A DNA stretch of 64,000 nt from contig OZ244906.1 in the NCBI GenBank assembly GCA_965221655.1, positions 1,136,009 to 1,200,008 on the forward strand. Direction: 5' to 3'. The notes beneath the pieces are model-generated. The model had not been told where the DNA came from, made no database searches, and saw only the letters and a list, made by a program, of their open reading frames with translations. This document shows positions 58,788 to 64,000 of the stretch, one piece after another. The position numbers and the translations under genes are program-made. Source of the DNA: a bacterium (GTDB lineage Bacteria; UBA8248). The first letter of the stretch is position 1, and each line of letters begins with the position of its first letter.

Positions 58788-59914
58788 TCATTCTTCCCGA
58801 AACAGGCGAATAAAATCCTCAAACGGCGCGGGCGGCGTTTGCGCCACGCCCATGTTCTCCACGACGTGCTCGAGCCCGCGCATCCCCACCAGGGCGACGG
58901 CCACGCCCGGCGCGCTGCGCGTAAACTGAATCGCGCGCTGCGCGTCGGTGGAAAACCCCGGAAAAACTTCCCCCACCACGGGAGGAAGCCCGTGGGCGGC
59001 CCTGCCCTGGAGAATCGAGCCGCTCGTCATGACGCTAATGCCGCTTCGCGCGGCGGCCGCCAGAAAGCTCGTCTGCTCCCCGTCCAGGCTCTGGTTCGGG
59101 CGGGAGAAGGCCTCGGGCATTCCCAGGTTGAGCGGCAGTTGCACCGCGCGAAAATGGTGGTTCTCCCCGCCTGCGGCACGCGCCGCCTCGAGCACCTCCG
59201 CGAGCGAGAGATACTCCGACTCGTCGGGCTCCAGACGATATCCGTTCCAGGTGGCCGTGCCGTAGACGCCTATCTTCCCCTCGGCCACGGCTTCTTCCAG
59301 TGCGCTAAAGGCGTCGCGCAGCCTTTGTAAAAAGACCGGGCGCGCAACTTCTTGGAGCTGCGTCTCGGGGTTGTGTACATAGTAGACGTCGATGGTCTCG
59401 AGGCCGAGGTTCGCGCGGCTCGCCTCCAGCTCGTGGCGCAGATACGCGGGCGTCATGCAGTGGCAGCCCGCCGCAATGTCCGCGGGAGCGCAAACGCGGG
59501 GTTCGAAATAGGTCTTTCGCAAATACTCGATTGCGTCGCCCTGCCCCTGGGGCGGATGGGTGTCAAAGGGTATGAATCCGCCCTTGGTGGAAACCACAAG
59601 CTCCTCGCGGCGGGCTTCTCCCGAGGCGAACAAGTCGCTCAGCGCCGCGCCGACGCTGCGCTCGCTGCGCTGGAAGCGATAGTTCACCGCCGTGTCGATG
59701 ACGTTGCACCCCCCGCGCACGGCGGCGGCCACAGAAGCGCGATAGGCGGCGTCAGTCGCCTCATCCGCCTCGCCGAGGTAGGTGCCGATACCGATGGAGG
59801 AAAGCCAAAGGCCATTCGAGCGGCGAAAGTGCTCCGGGTGCGCGGTGGACGAGTGCGCCTCGGCGTAGCGCCTTGTGCCCTCTGCCGTAGCAAAGCCTGC
59901 GTGGGCCATTTTCA
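58788..59914 (-). CDS. aldo/keto reductase
   Basis: [21 protein letters not shown]...[45 protein letters not shown]...: AKR (alpha/beta)8 motifs. I prefer ATG 59914; 59950 or the track's 60026 are alternatives. Confidence 0.7.
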
Positions 59915-60001
59915 TGCTCTCTGTAGTCGTGGGGTGCGCGATGGCGGGCATCCTACACGCTTTTTCGGCGCAAAGCGAAACGGGAGGCAGAAATTGCCCC
60001 C

Positions 60002-60030
60002 TTGACAAGACCGGCCCCATCTTCAATACT
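60002..60030 (+). promoter_or_regulatory. sigma70-like promoter: -35 TTGACA (60002-60007), 17-nt spacer, -10 AATACT (60025-60030), in an AT-rich island upstream of coxS-like gene
   Basis: Locally AT-rich (59995-60060) in a 69% GC genome. Followed by AAAGGAG (60051-60057). Confidence 0.45.
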
Positions 60031-60147
60031 GATTATATCGATGAACATATAAAGGAGACGCCACTACTGGATGAGGCCGAGGTGCCCCCGGGGGCTTTGC
60101 CGCGTCCGGGCGCGCCGCCCACATCTCTCAAGAGCGAGGCCCATACC

Positions 60148-60612
60148 TTGGAAATCGACATCAGCATCAACGGAGAAAGCAGAACGTTCGACGTGGAGCC
60201 CAGAACCCTGCTGGTGCACCTTCTGCGCGACGAAGCCGGCCTCACGGGCACGCACGTCGCGTGTGAAACCTCCATCTGCGGAGCCTGCACCGTCTTGCTC
60301 GACGACAAGGCGGTAAAAAGCTGCACGGTGCTGGCCGCCCAGGCCGAGGGGTGCGAGGTCACGACCATTGAGGGCATGGCCTCGGGCGACGAGCTCCATG
60401 CCCTGCAAGAGCAATTTTGGGAAAAACACGGCCTGCAGTGCGGCTACTGCACGCCGGGCATGATCATGACGGCGAGCCAGATTATCGCGTCCAACCCCGA
60501 ACCGACGGAACAGGAGATACGGCGCGGCCTCGAGGGCAACATCTGCCGCTGCACGGGTTATCAGAACATCGTCGACGCCGTTTCCGCGGCTGCGGCGCAA
60601 ATGAGGGAATAA
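60148..60612 (+). CDS. (2Fe-2S)-binding small subunit of a xanthine-dehydrogenase-family molybdenum hydroxylase (CoxS/CutS-like)
   Basis: ...[62 protein letters not shown]...[10 protein letters not shown]...CRCTGY: both [2Fe-2S] Cys motifs. I prefer TTG 60148 as start, which gives the typical ~154-aa length; GTG 60082 is the alternative. The track's 59875 start overlaps the divergent AKR gene. Confidence 0.7.
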   Translation: MEIDISINGESRTFDVEPRTLLVHLLRDEAGLTGTHVACETSICGACTVLLDDKAVKSCTVLAAQAEGCEVTTIEGMASGDELHALQEQFWEKHGLQCGYCTPGMIMTASQIIASNPEPTEQEIRRGLEGNICRCTGYQNIVDAVSAAAAQMRE

Positions 60613-60615
60613 GAG

Positions 60616-62949
60616 ATGGCCCAAGCCCAAGCCCCGAAATTCATCGGCGCACCCATCAAGAGGCGCGACGACCCGCGCCTCATCCAGGGTCTCGCCCATT
60701 ACGTGGACGACTTCAACCCGCCCGGCACCCTGCACATGGCCGTGGTGCGCAGCCCGTTCGGCCACGCCGCCATCCGCTCGGTGGACACCTCGGCGGCCGA
60801 GGCGGCGGAGGGCGTCGTCGCCGTCTACACGCACGAGGACACCAAGAGCATCGGCCCGGTGCCCGTGGGCGGTCTCGTGCCCGACGCGAAGGTGCCCGAG
60901 CAACCCGTCCTTGCGGACAAGAAGGTGCTTTTCGCCGGCGAGCCCGTCGTCGTGGTGATCGCGAAGACGCGCTACGGAGCACGCGACGCCGCCGAGCTGG
61001 TGGAGGTGGACTACGATCCGCTCGACGCCGTGGTGGACCTCGAAAAGGCACTCGAACCCGGAGCCCCCCTGGTACACGAGCAATACGAGAGCAACGAGGC
61101 GTTCAAGTGGGGGATAGCGGGCGGCGACGTGGAGGCCGGCCTTGCGGAGGCCGACGTCATCGTCAAGCAGCGCATCACGAACGCGCGCGTAGCACCCCTG
61201 GCCCTTGAGCCGCGCGGCGTGCTGGCCCACTACCTGCCGGGCGAGGACAAAATGACGCTGTGGACCTCCACCCAGGTGCCCCACAAGGTGCGCACGCTGG
61301 TGGCGGGCCAAATCGGGATGCCGGAAAACCGCATGCGCGTCATCGCCCCCGAGGTGGGAGGCGGCTTCGGCAGCAAGCTCAACATCTACCGCGAAGAAGC
61401 CCTCGCCGCCTACATCTCGCGCGAGCTGGGCGTGCCGATCAAGTGGATCGAGAGTCGCTCGGAGAACTTCATGACCACCATCCACGGGCGCGGCCAGGTG
61501 GGTGATGTGGAGATGGGCCTCAAGAACGACGGCACCATCACCGCACTGCGCTACAACGTGCTGGCGGACTGCGGCGGCTACTACCAGCTGCTCACCGTGG
61601 CCATATTCACGCTGACGGGCCTCATGCTCCCCGGCCCGTACAAAATCGACAACATCGAGATGAACGCCACGGGCGTCTTCACCAACAAGATAGCGACCGA
61701 CGCCTACCGGGGCGCGGGCCGCCCCGAGGCCACCTACATCCTCGAACGCATGATGGACATCGCGGCGCGCAAGCTTGGCATGGACCCCGTCGAGCTCAGA
61801 AGAATGAACTTTCCGGACAAGTCGGAATTCCCCTTCAACACCTCGGCGGGTCTGCTCTACGACAGCGGCGACTACCACGCTGCTCTCGATCGCGCCCTTG
61901 AGGCCGCCGACTACCCCGCCATGCGCAAACAACAGGAAGAGGCCCGCGAGGAGGGCCGCTATCTGGGCATCGGCCTTTCGACCTACGTAGAGATTTGCGG
62001 CATGGGGCCCTCTGCCGCCCTGGGCGGCCAGGGATGGGAGAGTGCGCGCGTGCGGGTGGAACCCACGGGCAAGGCCACCGTCTTCTCGGGCGCTTCGCCC
62101 CACGGTCAGGGCCAGCAGACTTCCTTCGCCCAAATCGTGGCCGACGGACTGGGCATCGCCGTCGAGGACGTGACGGTCGTGCACGGCGATACCGACGTGG
62201 TGCCCTACGGAGTGGGCACCTTCGGCAGCCGGGGTACCGTCGTGGGAGGTGCGGCCGTCGTATACGCGCGCGACAAGGTGCGCGCGAAGATGGCGAAGTT
62301 CGCGGCGATGGAATTCGAGGCGGATGCGAACGACATCGCCTTCGAGAACGGCAAGGTCTTCGTGCAGAGCGCGCCGGAGAAATCGGCGGGCTTCGGCGAC
62401 ATCGCGCAGCTCGCCTACAGCGCCATCAAGCTGCCTGAGGACACCGAGCCGGGTCTCGAGGAGACGCATTTCTTCGAGCCCAGCAACTTCACCTTCCCCT
62501 TCGGGACGCACGTCGTACTCGCAGAGGTCGACCAAGACACGGGTGCGGTGGAGATTCTCCGCTACGTGGCGGTCGACGACGTGGGCAACATGATCAACCC
62601 GCTCCTCGTCCACGGGCAGATTCACGGCGGCATCGCACAAGGAGCGGGGCAAGCCCTGGAAGAGGAGATGATATACGGCGAGGGCGGTCAGCCGCTCAAC
62701 GCGTCGTTCATGCACTACGCCCTTCCCAAGGCGGATCGGCTGCCGCGTTTCGAACTTCTCCACACCACCACGCCGACCGACGTGAATCCCCTGGGAGCCA
62801 AGGGCGTGGGCGAGGCAGGCACCATCGGGTCCACACCCGCCGTGGTGAACGCCGTGCTCGACGCTCTCTCGCCGCTTGGCATCACCCACATCGATATGCC
62901 GCTGCGCCCCGAGAGGGTATGGCGCGCCATAGCCGAGAAGAGGGCCTAG
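60616..62949 (+). CDS. molybdopterin-binding large subunit, form-II CODH-like (CoxL-II) xanthine dehydrogenase family
   Basis: 777 aa; active-site loop ...TDAYRGAGRPE... carries the AYRGAGR motif of form-II/putative CoxL, not the form-I VAYRCSFR. ...GGGFG... MoCo-binding motifs. Confidence 0.8.
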   Translation: MAQAQAPKFIGAPIKRRDDPRLIQGLAHYVDDFNPPGTLHMAVVRSPFGHAAIRSVDTSAAEAAEGVVAVYTHEDTKSIGPVPVGGLVPDAKVPEQPVLADKKVLFAGEPVVVVIAKTRYGARDAAELVEVDYDPLDAVVDLEKALEPGAPLVHEQYESNEAFKWGIAGGDVEAGLAEADVIVKQRITNARVAPLALEPRGVLAHYLPGEDKMTLWTSTQVPHKVRTLVAGQIGMPENRMRVIAPEVGGGFGSKLNIYREEALAAYISRELGVPIKWIESRSENFMTTIHGRGQVGDVEMGLKNDGTITALRYNVLADCGGYYQLLTVAIFTLTGLMLPGPYKIDNIEMNATGVFTNKIATDAYRGAGRPEATYILERMMDIAARKLGMDPVELRRMNFPDKSEFPFNTSAGLLYDSGDYHAALDRALEAADYPAMRKQQEEAREEGRYLGIGLSTYVEICGMGPSAALGGQGWESARVRVEPTGKATVFSGASPHGQGQQTSFAQIVADGLGIAVEDVTVVHGDTDVVPYGVGTFGSRGTVVGGAAVVYARDKVRAKMAKFAAMEFEADANDIAFENGKVFVQSAPEKSAGFGDIAQLAYSAIKLPEDTEPGLEETHFFEPSNFTFPFGTHVVLAEVDQDTGAVEILRYVAVDDVGNMINPLLVHGQIHGGIAQGAGQALEEEMIYGEGGQPLNASFMHYALPKADRLPRFELLHTTTPTDVNPLGAKGVGEAGTIGSTPAVVNAVLDALSPLGITHIDMPLRPERVWRAIAEKRA

Positions 62950-62950
62950 A

Positions 62951-63823
62951 ATGATTCCAGCTTCGTTCGACTACGTTCGCCCCACGACGCTCGAAGACGC
63001 ACTCGCACGCCTCAATGAGGGTGGAGAGGAAGCACGCCTCCTCTCCGGAGGCCACAGCCTGCTGCCCGTTCTCAAGGCGCGGCTCGCGCATCCGGAGACG
63101 CTCATCGACATCGGCCGCATCGAGGGCCTTTCGGGCATCGCAAAAGCCAAAGGCGGGGTGCGCATCGGTGCGGGGACGACGCACGCCGAAATAGAGGCCT
63201 CCTCCCTCGTTCGGGAGAGATGCGAATCTCTGGCCGAGGCGGCCGCCTCCATCGGGGACGTGCAGGTCAGAAACCGGGGCACCCTGGGCGGCTCCCTCGC
63301 CCACGCGGATCCGGCGGCCGACTATCCGGCGGCCATGCTGGCGGCGGGTGCGGAAATCACCGTGGCGGGCACGGGCGGCGAGCGCGTTATCGGGGCGGAC
63401 GATTTCTTCACCGGCGTCTACGAAACGGCTCTCGCCGCGGGCGAGATTCTCGTTTCCGTCCACATACCGGCCCCCGCCGCGCGCAGCGGAGGCGCTTATC
63501 TCAAGGCGGCTCAGCAAGCGAGCGGATTTGCGGTGTGCGGCGCCGCGGTTCAGTTGGCCCTGGATGAGGGCGGCGCCATTGCCTCCATGCGCGTGGGCGT
63601 TACCGGCGTGGCGGCGCCCGCCTACCGCGCCGGCAAAGTCGAGGATGCCCTGGTTGGCAGCGCGCCGAGTGCAGAGGCGATTCGTGCGGCTGCCGCAGCG
63701 GCGGGCGAGGGCGTCGACGCACTCGACGATTTCTACGCCACGGCGGATTTCAGACGGCATCTGGCAGGCGTCTACGTCGCGCGCTCCATCACGAAGGCCG
63801 TGGAACGCGCCTCGGGCGCCTAG
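62951..63823 (+). CDS. FAD-binding medium subunit (CoxM/CutM-like) of molybdenum hydroxylase
   Basis: MIPASFDYVRPTTLEDALARLNEGGEEARLLSGGHSLLPVLKARLAHPETLIDI... is the FAD_binding_5 domain. Starts 1 nt after the large-subunit stop. Confidence 0.8.
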   Translation: MIPASFDYVRPTTLEDALARLNEGGEEARLLSGGHSLLPVLKARLAHPETLIDIGRIEGLSGIAKAKGGVRIGAGTTHAEIEASSLVRERCESLAEAAASIGDVQVRNRGTLGGSLAHADPAADYPAAMLAAGAEITVAGTGGERVIGADDFFTGVYETALAAGEILVSVHIPAPAARSGGAYLKAAQQASGFAVCGAAVQLALDEGGAIASMRVGVTGVAAPAYRAGKVEDALVGSAPSAEAIRAAAAAAGEGVDALDDFYATADFRRHLAGVYVARSITKAVERASGA

Positions 63824-64000
63824 GCGCCCCGCCCCCGCGCGTGGCGTCTCTCCACCATATGCACGCATCGGCAGGGTACTGCGCGCTTTCGTGCGTATTC
63901 TCACGCTCCATTGCCCCAGCGCAAAAGCCGAGGCCGTAAACCTTGCCCGGAGAGCCCCTTCTTCCCTCGATTCCCTGGCTCGCGCGCGAGAACGCGCGCC

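Noticed and set aside
60071-60316. 81-aa ORF starting at a well-placed SD plus ATG
   Set aside because: The translation ([24 protein letters not shown]...) is compositional junk overlapping the coxS-like gene out of frame. It is reported as a curiosity under findings, not as a gene.

Overview
This is 64 kb of high-GC (about 68-70%) bacterial chromosome, densely coding, with strong GGAGG-type Shine-Dalgarno sites and frequent 1-4 nt start/stop overlaps. I find no rRNA, CRISPR array, transposase, integrase or phage genes. The content is mostly metabolic, arranged as co-directional, apparently translationally coupled operons. These are: (i) a PrpB-like lyase, two MmgE/PrpD paralogs and a SAM-methyltransferase (1-4036, minus strand); (ii) a glcDEF-like 2-hydroxyacid oxidase operon extended by a bicupin, an alpha/beta-hydrolase and a cupin (4887-11636, minus), facing two tandem MFS transporter paralogs (11744-14307); (iii) a DinB-like, Ldh_2 and VOC trio; (iv) a housekeeping block of mgtE, acyl-CoA thioesterase, leuS, a PPOX-class protein, hflX and an M16 peptidase; (v) a ferredoxin, split UxaA dehydratase, two-subunit CoA-transferase and RraA-like aldolase module (28236-33076), in which the CoA-transferase alpha subunit carries an in-frame TGA; (vi) a DUF3604 protein with a PIG-L deacetylase, then a ferredoxin-NADP reductase, an enoyl-CoA hydratase, an acyl-CoA mutase catalytic subunit lacking its B12-binding domain, and a tungsten-type aldehyde:ferredoxin oxidoreductase (38140-46543); (vii) a long minus-strand catabolic block of queE, DUF350, two SDRs, a Liv-type ABC transporter, DUF4399, a cupin and a CaiB-family CoA-transferase, ending at a tRNA-Leu(UAA) (46566-57232); and (viii) an LVIVD beta-propeller, an aldo/keto reductase and a form-II CoxSLM-type molybdenum hydroxylase (57404-63823). 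I see no defence or mobile system. The candidates for genuinely undescribed biology are several enzyme clusters of unassigned pathway (i, v, vi), the recoded or pseudogenised CoA-transferase, the DUF3604 plus PIG-L pair, and an HflX with an unusual N-terminal extension. All functional calls come from reading the translated ORFs for family-level motifs. No database search was run, so family names are recalled knowledge and exact starts are inferred from RBS and overlap context.
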